The notes under the pieces were generated by a model. It searched no databases. It saw only the letters and a list, made by a program, of their open reading frames with translations, and had not been told where the DNA came from. The position numbers were made by a program, and so were the translations under genes. Positions 1 through 11,070 of a stretch of DNA of 64,000 nucleotides are shown piece by piece (the stretch's first letter is position 1; each line of letters opens with the position of its first letter). The DNA is from an uncultured delta proteobacterium (lineage in GTDB: Bacteria; Desulfobacterota; Binatia; Binatales; Binataceae): contig CAWCDG010000005.1 in NCBI GenBank assembly GCA_963794325.1, positions 192,001-256,000 on the forward strand, given 5' to 3'.

Positions 1-762
1 CTTACTTCCACAACCGATGATCCGGAATTCGCGCCGGAGCCCTACTCGACGCTCTACCAGCGCTCGACTTTTCAATCGATGCAGAATCTCCTCGCGCGAG
101 TGATGCGCCTGCTCAACAGCCGCGCGTCGATCGTTCCGAAAGAGCTGCGCGAGCAGGCGCAACTGATCTCCTCGCATCAGCGCGACATCGTTGCGCGATT
201 CGATGCATTCCTTCGCTGCCGCCTGACGATCGATCGGATGCGTATTCACGGCGACTTGCATTTAGGCCAGCTTCTGTACACCGGGCGCGACTTTGCGATT
301 ATCGATTTCGAGGGCGAGCCGGCGCGTCCGCTGAGCGAGCGCCGTCTCAAGCGCGCCGGATTGAGAGACGTGGCCGGGATGTTGCGATCGTTTCACTACG
401 CCGCGCTCACCTCCACAATCGAAGCCCTGAGAATCGGAGCTCTGGGCAAGTTCGATTTTGCCCACATGAAACCGTGGGCCGACTTTTGGCGGAACTGGTC
501 TTCGTGGGCATTCATGAAAGGCTACCTGGAAGGTGGCGGCCACGCTTCGTTCATGCCGAAAAGCGATAGTGAACTCAGAATCGTGCTCGACGCCTTCGTG
601 ATGGACAAGGCGATTTACGAACTTGGCTACGAACTAAACAACCGCCCCGACTGGCTATTGATCCCATTACTCAGTCTTGGCCAATTGCTTGGCATCGAAA
701 GTACTAATACGCAAAACCTGATCTTCCCCAATCCTGGTATCCATGAAAGTCCGCGAGCATGA
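1..762 (+). CDS. Maltokinase (Mak/Pep2) domain, 5'-truncated by window edge; probably the C-terminus of a TreS-Mak fusion
   Basis: Frame open from base 1 (DDPEFAPEPYSTLYQRS); motifs RIHGDLHLGQ, IIDFEGEP, RDVAGMLRSF, YELGYELNNRPDW; directly upstream of glgB. Confidence 0.85.
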   Translation, partial: LTSTTDDPEFAPEPYSTLYQRSTFQSMQNLLARVMRLLNSRASIVPKELREQAQLISSHQRDIVARFDAFLRCRLTIDRMRIHGDLHLGQLLYTGRDFAIIDFEGEPARPLSERRLKRAGLRDVAGMLRSFHYAALTSTIEALRIGALGKFDFAHMKPWADFWRNWSSWAFMKGYLEGGGHASFMPKSDSELRIVLDAFVMDKAIYELGYELNNRPDWLLIPLLSLGQLLGIESTNTQNLIFPNPGIHESPRA

Positions 763-2983
763 CGAGCAGATCGCGAAATCCGGCGACTCGGCGGTCTCCA
801 ATATTCCAGCCGGCGAACTGAAGCGACTACTGGCCCTCAGGCATCACGACCCGCATTCGATCCTCGGCGCGCATCCGACAGTCCGCGGCGTGACTGTGCG
901 CGCGTATCGTCCCGACGCTCAGAAAATATTCCTGCTGGTTGACGATGAGCCCCCGCGCGAGATGCTCAAGCGGCCGGAACCCGGCCTGTTCGAAATACTG
1001 GTATCCGGCCGGAGCCAGGTGTTCCCGTATCAGCTGAAGGTTCACTACTCCGGCGATCTTGCCGTGACGATCCGCGAGCCCTACCCATTTCCGCCGACGT
1101 TGGGCGAGCTCGATCTGTACTTATGGGCCGAGCAAAAACACGAGAGGATCTGGGAAAAGCTGGGCGCTCACGTTCGCGAGCTCGAAGGCGTACAGGGGAC
1201 ATCGTTCGCAGTGTGGGCGCCTGATGCGGATGGCGTCAGTGTTGTCGGCGATTTCAATGGCTGGGACGGCCGCCTCGACATGATGCGGATGCTCGCCAAC
1301 TCCGGCGTCTGGGAAATATTCGTTCCCGATCTCATGGCCGGCACGAAATACAAATATGAGATCCGTACCAAAGCCGGTGGACTGACTATTAAGGCCGACC
1401 CATTCGCATTCGCAACTGAATGCCCACCCGCGACTGCGTCGAGGGTATATCATTCCGATTACTCATTTGATGACGCCGCCTGGATGACCGAGCGCAACAA
1501 CCGGGATCCGCTGCGCAAACCGGCCGTCGTATATGAGATGCATCTCGGCTCGTGGCGCCGCGTCCCCGAAGAAGGCAACCGACCGCTTACGTATCGCGAA
1601 CTCGCTTCGCAACTCGTCGAGTACCTGGTCGACGTCGGCTTCACTCACGTCGAATTTCTTCCCGTCATGGAGCATCCGTTCACCGGTTCCTGGGGATATG
1701 AGACGACCGGCTACTATGCCCCGACTGCCCGTTACGGATCGCCCGACGACTTCCGTTACCTGATCGATCGCCTGCATCAAAATGGTATCGGCGTGATTCT
1801 CGACTGGACCCCCGCTCATTTTCCCACCGACGCATTCGGGCTCGGGCGCTTCGATGGCAGCGCACTCTACGAGCACATGGATCCGCGCCAGGGATTCCAT
1901 CCGGAATGGAACACTTACATTTTCAATTTTGGCCGCAACGAAGTGCGGAGTTTTCTGCTCGGCAGCGCGAGGTACTGGATCGAAGAATTTCATGCCGATG
2001 GGATTCGCGTCGACGCCGTCTCGTCGATGCTCTACCTCGACTACGGACGCAAAACCGGCGAGTGGGTTCCAAATGTTCACGGCGGCAACGAAAATCTCGA
2101 GGCCATTTCATTTCTCAAAGAGCTGAATCTGCAGGTCTACGCTCGCCATACCGGCGTGATGATGATCGCCGAGGAGTCCACGTCATGGCCCGCGGTCAGC
2201 CGTCCGGTGTATGTCGGCGGTCTTGGTTTCGGTTTCAAGTGGGACATGGGATGGATGCATGACACGCTCGACTATTTCAGTAAGGAGCCGATCTACCGCC
2301 GATTTCATCACCGCGATCTGACGTTCGGATTTGTTTACGCGTGGTCCGAAAATTTCATGCTGCCGCTGTCCCACGACGAGGTCGTTTACGGCAAGCGCTC
2401 GCTGCTCGACAAGATGCCGGGCGATCGATGGCAGAAGTTTGCCAACTTGCGCGCCCTGTTCGGCTACATGTGGGCGCATCCTGGAAAAAAGATTCTCTTC
2501 ATGGGTGGCGAGTTCGGCCAATGGCGAGAATGGAATCATGACACCAGCCTCGATTGGAATCTGCTCGACGAGCCTGACCATCGCGGCTTGCAGAACCTGG
2601 TTCGCGATCTCAATCGCATCTATCGCGCCGAGCCGGCGCTGTGGGAAGCCGATCATCAACCCGCGGGTTTCCAATGGATCGACGCCAACAATTCCGACGA
2701 GGACGTGATCGCCTTCATGCGTATCGCGCCGTCGAGCGGCCGCAGAGTGATTTGCGTATGTAACTTCGCACCGGTCGTGCGCACCGGATATCGCGTCGGC
2801 GTTCCCGCGTCCGGCGTATATCGCGAAATTCTGAACAGCGATTCGACCCTGTACGGTGGAAGCAATCAGGGCAACGCTGGTGCAGTCACCGCGGAACAAT
2901 TTCCGTGGCATGGCCTTCCCCATTCTCTGTCACTCCACCTGCCGCCGCTCGGGACTGTATGGTTCGAGGTCCCCGCGCCGTAA
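743..2983 (+). CDS. glgB: 1,4-alpha-glucan branching enzyme
   Basis: 746 aa; FAVWAP, YEMHLGSW, GIRVDAVSSMLY, AEEST, LSHDEVV GH13 motifs. Confidence 0.97.
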   Translation: MKVREHDEQIAKSGDSAVSNIPAGELKRLLALRHHDPHSILGAHPTVRGVTVRAYRPDAQKIFLLVDDEPPREMLKRPEPGLFEILVSGRSQVFPYQLKVHYSGDLAVTIREPYPFPPTLGELDLYLWAEQKHERIWEKLGAHVRELEGVQGTSFAVWAPDADGVSVVGDFNGWDGRLDMMRMLANSGVWEIFVPDLMAGTKYKYEIRTKAGGLTIKADPFAFATECPPATASRVYHSDYSFDDAAWMTERNNRDPLRKPAVVYEMHLGSWRRVPEEGNRPLTYRELASQLVEYLVDVGFTHVEFLPVMEHPFTGSWGYETTGYYAPTARYGSPDDFRYLIDRLHQNGIGVILDWTPAHFPTDAFGLGRFDGSALYEHMDPRQGFHPEWNTYIFNFGRNEVRSFLLGSARYWIEEFHADGIRVDAVSSMLYLDYGRKTGEWVPNVHGGNENLEAISFLKELNLQVYARHTGVMMIAEESTSWPAVSRPVYVGGLGFGFKWDMGWMHDTLDYFSKEPIYRRFHHRDLTFGFVYAWSENFMLPLSHDEVVYGKRSLLDKMPGDRWQKFANLRALFGYMWAHPGKKILFMGGEFGQWREWNHDTSLDWNLLDEPDHRGLQNLVRDLNRIYRAEPALWEADHQPAGFQWIDANNSDEDVIAFMRIAPSSGRRVICVCNFAPVVRTGYRVGVPASGVYREILNSDSTLYGGSNQGNAGAVTAEQFPWHGLPHSLSLHLPPLGTVWFEVPAP

Positions 2984-3022
2984 CCGGATCTTTCGCGGTT
3001 ACGTCTACACAGCAGTGACTGT

Positions 3023-3535
3023 GTGGGAGGGTGTGTGTTGCGGCTACATCAAATTCGCGAGCGACGAGACTTGCGCACGTTTGTGCTAGCGATGGTTGCA
3101 GTTCTGAGCGTATGGGCGATGCCCACCGCATCCGCCTTCGCCACTTTTTCGCCTTCGTTCGGCTACCACCCCACAAGCACCAAAGTTGATTCGCCGATCC
3201 AATTGGCTCAAGCAGATACTCCGCCGGGCATCGGCAGCCTCAATGACTACATGCATCAGCAGGGTGATGGATCTTCGACCTCAGCGGTTCCGCCGCCGGC
3301 ATACTCTCCGCGGCCCATCCCGCCGCAGAACTACTACCCTCAGGGCGCGCCATCGCAGGAATGGAACTACGGTTACGCTGACCCGAACGCGCAACGCTCG
3401 GCGCTGATCGGCGCCGCGGTCGTCGGTGCTCTAGCCGTTGGACTATGGGCGTGGCAGCAACACGAGATACGGCAGCAGAGTCAGCGATATGTTCCCGCAC
3501 GCAGACGAAATAACCGTCGGCCTGCCATCGAATAG
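3023..3535 (+). CDS. Hypothetical Pro/Gln-rich exported or membrane protein (start uncertain)
   Basis: Signal-like N-terminal hydrophobic stretch, low-complexity middle, C-terminal TM helix; fills the gap between convergent operons. Confidence 0.55.
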   Translation: MGGCVLRLHQIRERRDLRTFVLAMVAVLSVWAMPTASAFATFSPSFGYHPTSTKVDSPIQLAQADTPPGIGSLNDYMHQQGDGSSTSAVPPPAYSPRPIPPQNYYPQGAPSQEWNYGYADPNAQRSALIGAAVVGALAVGLWAWQQHEIRQQSQRYVPARRRNNRRPAIE

Positions 3536-4597
3536 TTAGGCAGCATCGCCGCGCGGCTCGATCCGCCGACCTGTCGACAGATCGAAAAGATGCACGCGCG
3601 CTGGATCAAAATACAGTTTCAGATGCGCACCGACTTCGACCCTTCGCGGCAATTCCGCACGAATCGAACTGTTTCCAAGCTTCGCGTATACGATGTAAGT
3701 CGCGCCTGAGAATTCCACGCTCTCGACGATGACCTCGATCGCAGTGCTGCCCTCGCCTTCTTCCAAACGCAGATCATTCGGCCGAATTCCGACCTTGATT
3801 CGCGCGGGACTGCCTTCCGGCGGCTTGATTTTGAAATCGATGCCGTCGACCGTTAGACTTCCGGTAGCTGCCGTCTCCGCAACAAAGAAGTTCATCGGCG
3901 GATTGCCGACGAACGACGCCACGAACTCGCTCTGCGGACGATCGAAAACCTCCTGAGGTACTCCGACCTGCTCGACTCTTCCTTGGCGCATCACGACCAG
4001 GCGGTCCGCGAGCGCGAGCGCTTCGACCTGATCGTGCGTCACGTAAACGAACGTGCGTCCAGTTCGGCGCTGGAACGTTTTCAGCTCGATCCGCAACGAC
4101 GCACGCAATTGCGCGTCGAGGCTCGCGAGCGCCTCGTCCATCAGGATAATGTTCGGCTCGCGCACCAGCGCTCGAGCAAGCGCGACGCGCTGTCGCTCGC
4201 CACCTGATAGCTCTCGCGGAAAACGCTTGAGATCGACGGTGAGTCCAGCTTTTGCAGCGCTCGTTTTGACGCGCCGTTCCGTTTCGTCGCGCGCGACGTG
4301 CCGGAGCTTCAATGGAAACGCAATGTTCTGAAACACCGTCATGTGCGGATAGAGCGCGAAATTCTGAAACACCATCGCAATCGACTCGCGATGCGTCGTG
4401 TTCGATCCCCCGATTTGAATCTCGCCGCTGTCGGGATATTCAAGGCCCGCAATCATCCGAAGCAAGGTGGTTTTTCCACACCCCGAAGGGCCGAGCAGCA
4501 CCACGAATTCTCCGCTCCGCACCGACAGAGAAACATCAAAAACGCCTCCGCCAGAAGGGAAACTGCGCGTCAGGTTGCGAACCACGAGGTCAGCCAT
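3536..4597 (-). CDS. Carbohydrate ABC transporter ATP-binding subunit (MalK-like)
   Basis: GPSGCGKT, LSGGERQRVALARAL, YVTHDQ, C-terminal TOBE-like region. Confidence 0.95.
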   Translation of the reverse strand: MADLVVRNLTRSFPSGGGVFDVSLSVRSGEFVVLLGPSGCGKTTLLRMIAGLEYPDSGEIQIGGSNTTHRESIAMVFQNFALYPHMTVFQNIAFPLKLRHVARDETERRVKTSAAKAGLTVDLKRFPRELSGGERQRVALARALVREPNIILMDEALASLDAQLRASLRIELKTFQRRTGRTFVYVTHDQVEALALADRLVVMRQGRVEQVGVPQEVFDRPQSEFVASFVGNPPMNFFVAETAATGSLTVDGIDFKIKPPEGSPARIKVGIRPNDLRLEEGEGSTAIEVIVESVEFSGATYIVYAKLGNSSIRAELPRRVEVGAHLKLYFDPARVHLFDLSTGRRIEPRGDAA

Positions 4598-4605
4598 GAC
4601 GCGCC

Positions 4606-5445
4606 TTATCGCGAACTCCCCGCGGTCAAAGCTCCCCGCAACGACGGTCCCAGCGCGACCACCACGCAGATGGCCGGGATCATCATCAAAAGCGCAAGCG
4701 CACTTGCGGGGCCAACGTTACCGAACACGGTGTAGTAATAGAGCAGCGGCGGAAGCGTGCGATTTGTCTGCTGCACGAGCAGCGCAAATCCAAATTCATC
4801 CCAGCTTAAGATGAAGCACAGGATCAGCGCCGTCGCGATCGACGCGCGCGCCATCGGTAGATCGATTGTCAGAAATATTCGCAACGGAGATGCGCCGTCG
4901 ATCCACGCCGCTTCTTCGATCTCCAGCGGAATCGCGACGAACGCCGCGTACATCGTCAGTGCAGCCGTTGGAATCGCAATCGCGGCGTGAACAATGGCCA
5001 GCCCGATTCCAGTTGGCGAATCGTAAATTCCAACTGTCGCCAGAATCATCCCGAGCGGAATCGCCACGGCGATCATCGGCAACAGCCGGATGCCCGATAC
5101 CGTGGAAAAACCGACGCGCTGAGCTATCGAGCTGCGCGCCATCGCGTGCGCGAGCATCGCACCCAGCAGAGTTGCAATTGCGGCCGATATCAGTGCGACG
5201 CTCAGGCTTCTCAACACCGCGCTGCGAAGTTCGTTGACCCCAAACACGCTGATGAAATGCGAGAGCGTCAGATGATGCGGCACCCAATGCGGCGGCCAAG
5301 CAAAGGTCTCGAGCTCCGGAGTCACCGATTGCTTGGCGAGAAGGTAGAGCGGCACCGCGGCGCCCACAATGACGAACGCGTTTAAGGCAAAGCGCGCGGC
5401 CCGCAGACTCCGATCGGCGGTATCGCTTTTCATTCGAGGGTTCAC
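4606..5445 (-). CDS. Carbohydrate ABC transporter permease (MalG-like)
   Basis: Multiple TM helices, EAA loop IEEAAWIDGAS. Confidence 0.93.
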   Translation of the reverse strand: MNPRMKSDTADRSLRAARFALNAFVIVGAAVPLYLLAKQSVTPELETFAWPPHWVPHHLTLSHFISVFGVNELRSAVLRSLSVALISAAIATLLGAMLAHAMARSSIAQRVGFSTVSGIRLLPMIAVAIPLGMILATVGIYDSPTGIGLAIVHAAIAIPTAALTMYAAFVAIPLEIEEAAWIDGASPLRIFLTIDLPMARASIATALILCFILSWDEFGFALLVQQTNRTLPPLLYYYTVFGNVGPASALALLMMIPAICVVVALGPSLRGALTAGSSR

Positions 5446-6329
5446 GTCAGCGCTCCGTCGTCGCGCGAGAATCGGCGCGCCGTAATGAAGCCGCAGATTC
5501 CGATCATGGTGACCATCAATGCCAGGATCATGGACGCCGCCATAGCTTCGTGCGGTTTCTGCGCGTCATCCCACAAGCTGTACGAATAGGTCGACAGCAC
5601 CGGAACACCCTCTGGCCCAGTGAGTACAAGCACCGTCGAGAAAATCCTCAGCGCGTCGATGCCGCGCAGGATCAATGCGCCGACGATTGCCGGCATCAGC
5701 ATCGGAATCGTCACGAACCTGAAAGTGGCGAACGTTCCGGCGCCGTCGAGCCGCGCGGCTTCGTAGAGTTCGGCAGGGATCGTTTGCAGACCCGCCATCA
5801 ACATCAGCATCACGATCGGGGTTACGTGCCACGCGTCAACCACGATCACCGTGAGCATCGCGAGCGGGCTGCGCGGGCTGAGCCATGGCAGCGGATGCAT
5901 CCCCGCCATCGCAATCGCGCCGTTCAAGTATCCGCGCGGGATGAAGATATAGCGCGCGAGTGTGAGGATAACGATCTCGGGAATCGCAAACGGCAGTATC
6001 GCCGCAGTCTCGATTATTGCGGACCGGCTGCGGCGCGCGGTAAGCGTCAATGCCAGCGCGAGTCCGAGCACAAATTCGACGATGACGCTTCCGAACGGTA
6101 CCAGCAGATTGTTCGCGAGCGCTCGCCAGAACATCGAATCGTCGAAGATAATTTTGTAGTTGGCGAGCGAGGGACCATTGTGATCGAAGGAAAGAACGAG
6201 GCCGTTCAACGCGGGCAATACCAGCATCGCGAACATGAAAATGCACGGCAGCACCACAAAGATCGTGCGGAGCCTCTTTGAGGCGGCATTCACAACGGAG
6301 ACCCTGGAGCGGCATTTGCGCAGTCGCAC
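5442..6329 (-). CDS. Carbohydrate ABC transporter permease (MalF-like), start uncertain
   Basis: TM helices, LYEAARLDGAG EAA motif. Confidence 0.92.
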   Translation of the reverse strand: MRLRKCRSRVSVVNAASKRLRTIFVVLPCIFMFAMLVLPALNGLVLSFDHNGPSLANYKIIFDDSMFWRALANNLLVPFGSVIVEFVLGLALALTLTARRSRSAIIETAAILPFAIPEIVILTLARYIFIPRGYLNGAIAMAGMHPLPWLSPRSPLAMLTVIVVDAWHVTPIVMLMLMAGLQTIPAELYEAARLDGAGTFATFRFVTIPMLMPAIVGALILRGIDALRIFSTVLVLTGPEGVPVLSTYSYSLWDDAQKPHEAMAASMILALMVTMIGICGFITARRFSRDDGALT

Positions 6330-7486
6330 CGGTCGTGCACATTGGAGATGCTCGACGCGATCGCGGACGCCGGCTGGACGTCATCGAATAGCACCGCGCG
6401 AATCGTACGCCGCCACTGGTCGCTGAGGTCGGCGTAGCAATCGACCGTCGGACGCGCTCGCACAAAAGGTTGCATCGCGGTGTAGCCCGCATAGAGTTGC
6501 GCGTCTTCACTACCCGGCGCCGGCGGCACACTCCCATACCAGTCGAGCTCGCGGCTCAGCTTCGACTGCGTATCAGCCGTCAGCAGGTACTCAATGAATT
6601 CCGCGGCGAGCTGCGGATGCGGCGCGGAATTCGGAATCGCCAAATAGCCGCCGCCGAGAACAGTTGCTCTGCCGTCGGGCCCTGCCGGAATCGGCGCGCT
6701 GAGATTCACGTTGGGGGCCAGCCCTTTCGCGTGCAGATAGCCCATCGCGAACGGCCAGTTGAAATGAATCCAGACCGCACCGCGAGCCTGCGCTTCGAGT
6801 ACCGACATCTCGCGAAACACCGCGGACTCGTCGTTCAGATCGGGCGCGAGTTGCCGCAGAAAGTCGAGCGCCCGGATCGAACCGGGCGAATCTGGCGCGC
6901 ATTCGTTACCGCCTGCCGTCCACACGAACGGCATCACGTCGCAAATCGCGCCTTCGTAGCGCGCGCCCTTCAGCGCTAGCTTGCCCGGATGCTCGCGCGC
7001 GAAACGCTCGAGTTCGTTCCAGGTCGCAGGCGGATTCGGGACCTCGATTCGATTGTAGATCATCGCCTGCCACATCAACCGATGCGGAACAAAGTAGAGC
7101 TGCCGATCGATCGTCGCCGCATCCCACGCTTCTTTTGAAAACAACGATCGCGCGGTCGGCGACACCAACTTGTCCAGCGGTTGCGCATAGGTATGCGCCT
7201 CGCCCAGCATCGCCAGATCGAGTTCGATAAGGTCGAGCGATCCACGACTCCCCGCCTGCACCCGCATCGCCTGCAGTATGTCGGAGTAAGTCTGTGCCAG
7301 CACTTTCACCCGCACGTGATGCTGCGATTCGAATTCTTTTACGAACTCGCCATATCGTGCGGCTTCATCGGGGAAGACTGCGAGCGCAATATTGAGTTGG
7401 TCAGGCGCCGGCGAGGTGCGGCATCCGCCAAGGAGCATCGCAAGCACCAGGGCCAGAAGTCGCGTCGATGTGCTCACGAGATACAT
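6290..7486 (-). CDS. Sugar ABC transporter substrate-binding lipoprotein
   Basis: Lipobox LGGC; PPATWNEL, FNWPFA, TVLGGGYLAI motifs; operon context. Confidence 0.9.
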   Translation of the reverse strand: MYLVSTSTRLLALVLAMLLGGCRTSPAPDQLNIALAVFPDEAARYGEFVKEFESQHHVRVKVLAQTYSDILQAMRVQAGSRGSLDLIELDLAMLGEAHTYAQPLDKLVSPTARSLFSKEAWDAATIDRQLYFVPHRLMWQAMIYNRIEVPNPPATWNELERFAREHPGKLALKGARYEGAICDVMPFVWTAGGNECAPDSPGSIRALDFLRQLAPDLNDESAVFREMSVLEAQARGAVWIHFNWPFAMGYLHAKGLAPNVNLSAPIPAGPDGRATVLGGGYLAIPNSAPHPQLAAEFIEYLLTADTQSKLSRELDWYGSVPPAPGSEDAQLYAGYTAMQPFVRARPTVDCYADLSDQWRRTIRAVLFDDVQPASAIASSISNVHDRCDCANAAPGSPL

Positions 7487-7504
7487 CAGTTCGCATCGGT
7501 TCGA

Positions 7505-9301
7505 TCAATTCTCCGATCGATGTTCCGCAGGACCCCGGACCGGCATGAGATTGTGCGCCGTGTTGACCAGCGAGACATGGCTAAAAGCTTGCGGAAAATT
7601 TCCGAGCTGGCGGCGAAGAACGGGATCGTATTCTTCGGACAGCAGGCCGACGTCATTGCGCAGATTGAGCAGGCGGATGAATAGCTCGCGCGCCTCCTGA
7701 TTACGTTCGGCCATCGCGTAGTTGTCGGCGAGCCAGAAGCTGCACGGCACGAACGCTCCCTCACCCGGCGGGAGGCCGTCGACGCTGGTCTCAGTCGGGT
7801 ATCTGAGCACCAGGCCTTTGTAGATAAGTTCGCGCTCGATTGCAGCGACTGTCGAAACTACCCGCGGATCATTTGCAGGCAAAAACCCGACCAGCGGGAT
7901 CATCAGTAGCGACGCGTCGAGACCCTTCGATCCGTAGTACTGGACGAACGCATTACGGTCTGCATCAAAACCACGGGTGCAAACGTCGCGATGAATCTCG
8001 TCGCGCAGCGCTCGCCATCGATCGATCGGGCCTTCGGCGAAGCCGTGCTGAATCTCCTTCACCGATCGATCGACTGCCACCCACGACATCACCTTCGAGT
8101 GCGTGAAATCTCGGCGAGGGCCGCGCACCTCCCAGATTCCCTCGTCAGGTTGCTTCCATCCCGATTCGAGAAAATCCATCAGCGCGGTTTGCAGCCGCCA
8201 CGCGTCGTCGTTGCGTTCCAGCTTGTATTTTCGCGCGACGTGCAACGTGTCGATAACTTCACCGTAGACGTCGAGCTGGAACTGCTGATGCGCGGCGTTG
8301 CCAACCCGCACCGGCGTGCTTTTCTCATAGCCAGAGAGCCACGGCAACTCTATTTCAGTGAGCATTCGCTCGCCCGCGACTCCGTACATGATCTGAGTAT
8401 CTTGCGGATGACCTGCTATTGCTCTGAGTAGCCATTCGCGCCACGCGCGCGCCTCATCCATATAGCCAGAAATCAATAGTGCGTAGAGAGTAAAAGTAGA
8501 ATCGCGAAGCCAGCAGAATCGATAATCCCAGTTGCGCGGACCGCCGAGACTTTCGGGAAGCGAAGTGGTCGGCGCCGCAAGGATACCTCCAGTTGGACTA
8601 TACGTGAGAGCCTTTAGCGTGATCAGCGACCGCACTACCGCTTCGCGCCATTCGCCCTGGCAAGTGCAGCGAGATGCCCAATCGCGCCATCGCTGCTCGG
8701 TAGTCGATAGCATGTTGAGCGTATCGGCGTCGCCCGGCTCCTCTTCGTGCGAAGGATAACTGGTCAACCGGAACGTCTCAGTTTGACCTTCGCCAATAGT
8801 GAATTCAGCAAATGTCGTATAGTCTTTGCTCTTCAAAGGTACCGCAGTTCTAAAGGCAATCGCGCTTGGCCCCGATACTGCGCTGATACCATAGTCGCGT
8901 TTTCGCACCCACGGGAGCGTGCGGCCATAGTCGAATCGGAAGATGATTTCCATGCGCATCGGCACCTGCCCCCGGATGCCTTTCACGATTCGAATCACAT
9001 CGACCTGCTCGGGGCGCTCGGCGACCGGCATGAAATCGATCACGGTCGCCACGCCGCTTTCAGTCTCGAATTCTGTTTCGAGCACAAGCGTATCTTTCCG
9101 ATACTTCCGCCGGACCTGCTTGACGCCGCCATCGGGCGCCAGCAGCCAGCGTCCGTTGGACTCGTCTCCGAGAATCGCCGCGAAGCATGCCCCTGAATCA
9201 AATCGCGGCAGACATAACCAGTCGATGGAACCGGAGCGATCGACGAGCGCCGCCGTGCGCAGGTTTCCGATCAGTGTGTAGTTCTCGATCGGGCTGCTCA
9301 C
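7505..9301 (-). CDS. Glycoside hydrolase family 15 (trehalase/glucoamylase-like)
   Basis: SIDWLCLPRFDS, NWDYRFCWLRD, GLLSEEYD, GNFPQAFSH. Confidence 0.95.
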   Translation of the reverse strand: MSSPIENYTLIGNLRTAALVDRSGSIDWLCLPRFDSGACFAAILGDESNGRWLLAPDGGVKQVRRKYRKDTLVLETEFETESGVATVIDFMPVAERPEQVDVIRIVKGIRGQVPMRMEIIFRFDYGRTLPWVRKRDYGISAVSGPSAIAFRTAVPLKSKDYTTFAEFTIGEGQTETFRLTSYPSHEEEPGDADTLNMLSTTEQRWRDWASRCTCQGEWREAVVRSLITLKALTYSPTGGILAAPTTSLPESLGGPRNWDYRFCWLRDSTFTLYALLISGYMDEARAWREWLLRAIAGHPQDTQIMYGVAGERMLTEIELPWLSGYEKSTPVRVGNAAHQQFQLDVYGEVIDTLHVARKYKLERNDDAWRLQTALMDFLESGWKQPDEGIWEVRGPRRDFTHSKVMSWVAVDRSVKEIQHGFAEGPIDRWRALRDEIHRDVCTRGFDADRNAFVQYYGSKGLDASLLMIPLVGFLPANDPRVVSTVAAIERELIYKGLVLRYPTETSVDGLPPGEGAFVPCSFWLADNYAMAERNQEARELFIRLLNLRNDVGLLSEEYDPVLRRQLGNFPQAFSHVSLVNTAHNLMPVRGPAEHRSEN

Positions 9302-11068
9302 TCGACCCCTCCCGTTGATCGATCTGGGTCTCTAGGCGTCAGGATCGCGACGGTGACCGGTGATAGATCGATCATGGAGCCATCTATTCGAGCGCCGGGC
9401 TTCGACGCGAGCGCAATTCGCAGCTTAGTAACATCTTGCGCGAGCGGTATGCGCCCAGGAGTCCGAGCGAAGTTGCAAATCACTATTGCCGCTCCGCGCT
9501 TGACGCGTATCCATTGCGCCGCTTCGTCGAAGCTGACTGCCTCGGGATCGAGCCGGCCGTTCTCAAAATCCGGCACGCATCGGCGAAGAGCCATCAGTTG
9601 CCGATACCATTCGAAAATCTCGCGATGCTCCCCGCGCTCGCGCTCGTCCCAATCCAGCCTGGATCGCTCGAATGTCTGGATTGCCTGCGGATCGGGAACC
9701 TCAGATTCATCGGCGACGAAATGTGCGAATTCCGCTCGGCGGCCTTTGCGTACAGACTCAGCAAGCGCAGGATCCTGATGATCGGTGAAATACTGAAACG
9801 GGCTCGACGCGCTCCACTCTTCGCCTTGGAATAGCAGCGGGATAAACGGCGAGGTCATCAGGATCGCTGCGGAAATCTTGAGTTGATCAATCGTCACCAG
9901 ATGCCCAATACGGTCGCCCTTCGCGCGATTACCGACCTGATCGTGATTCTGCATGAACACAACAAATCGATGGGCCGAAAGCCCGAGCACCGGCCTGCCA
10001 TGCCTGCGCCGCCGGCTCTTCGAATACGTACCGTCGTAAACGAAGCCGCGCGTAAGACACTTCGCGAGCTGCGCGATCGATCCGAAGTCGCCCAGGTAGC
10101 CGGCGGTTTCGCCTGTCAGGATAGTATGCAGCGCGTGATGAAAATCGTCGTTCCATTGCGCGTCCAGGCCGTAGCCACCCGCCTCGCGCGCGCGTGACGA
10201 TGCGCGGCTGGTTGAGATCGCTTTCCGCGATCACAATCAGATGACGCCCCACTTCGGCTTCGAGCTGATCGACCTCCGCGCCGAGTTGCTCGAGAAAATG
10301 AATCGCGGAGGCGTCGAAAATCGCGTGAACCGCATCTATCCGCAGCCCGTCGACACGATAGTCGCGCAGCCACATCAATGCGTTGTCGCAAAGAAATCGC
10401 CGGACCTCGTCGCTGTCCCGGTCGTCGAGATTAACTGCGTCGCCCCACGGCGTGCGATAGCGATCGGTAAAGTAGGAACCGAATTTCGCCAGGTAGTTAC
10501 CCTCCGGACCAAGGTGGTTGTATACGACATCGAGAATGACACCGAGGCCGTGACCATGCGCCGCATCGACGAAGCGCTTCATCGCGTCGGGGCCGCCGTA
10601 CAAATGATGCGGTGCGAAGAGATCGACGCCGTCGTAGCCCCATCCGCGCTCACCTGAGAACTCGGCCACCGGCATCAGCTCGACGTGCGTTACGCCTAGA
10701 TCGCGCAGATAGCCCAACCGCTCGATAGCAGCGTCAAAGGTGCCCGCGGGCGTGAACGTGCCGATGTGGCATTCGTAAATGATCGCAAACGATAGAGGCG
10801 CCGGCTGCCACTTCGTACTGCGCCACTCGAACGCCGAATGATCCACGGGCCGCGAGAATCCATGCACGCCGCTGGGCTGATACGGCGAACGCGGATCAGG
10901 CAACGGCGGGCCGCCATCGATGCTGAAGGCATAATCAGCGCGGGCCAATTCGGGACTCAGTTCAGCATGCCACCATCCGCCGTTTCCGCGACGCAGCGCG
11001 ACGCGCTCATTTGCCGTCACCATCGCGACACTCGCCGCCGACGGCGCCCACACGCTGCGCCGATTCAC
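9298..11068 (-). CDS. treZ: Malto-oligosyltrehalose trehalohydrolase, split by a frameshift in a (CG)5 run at ~10185-10194
   Basis: N-part WGYDGVDL, GLRIDAVHAI, AESDLN; other frame continues EAGGYGLDAQWNDDFHH...QNHDQVGNR...LLFQGEEW. Confidence 0.92.
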
Positions 11069-11070
11069 TG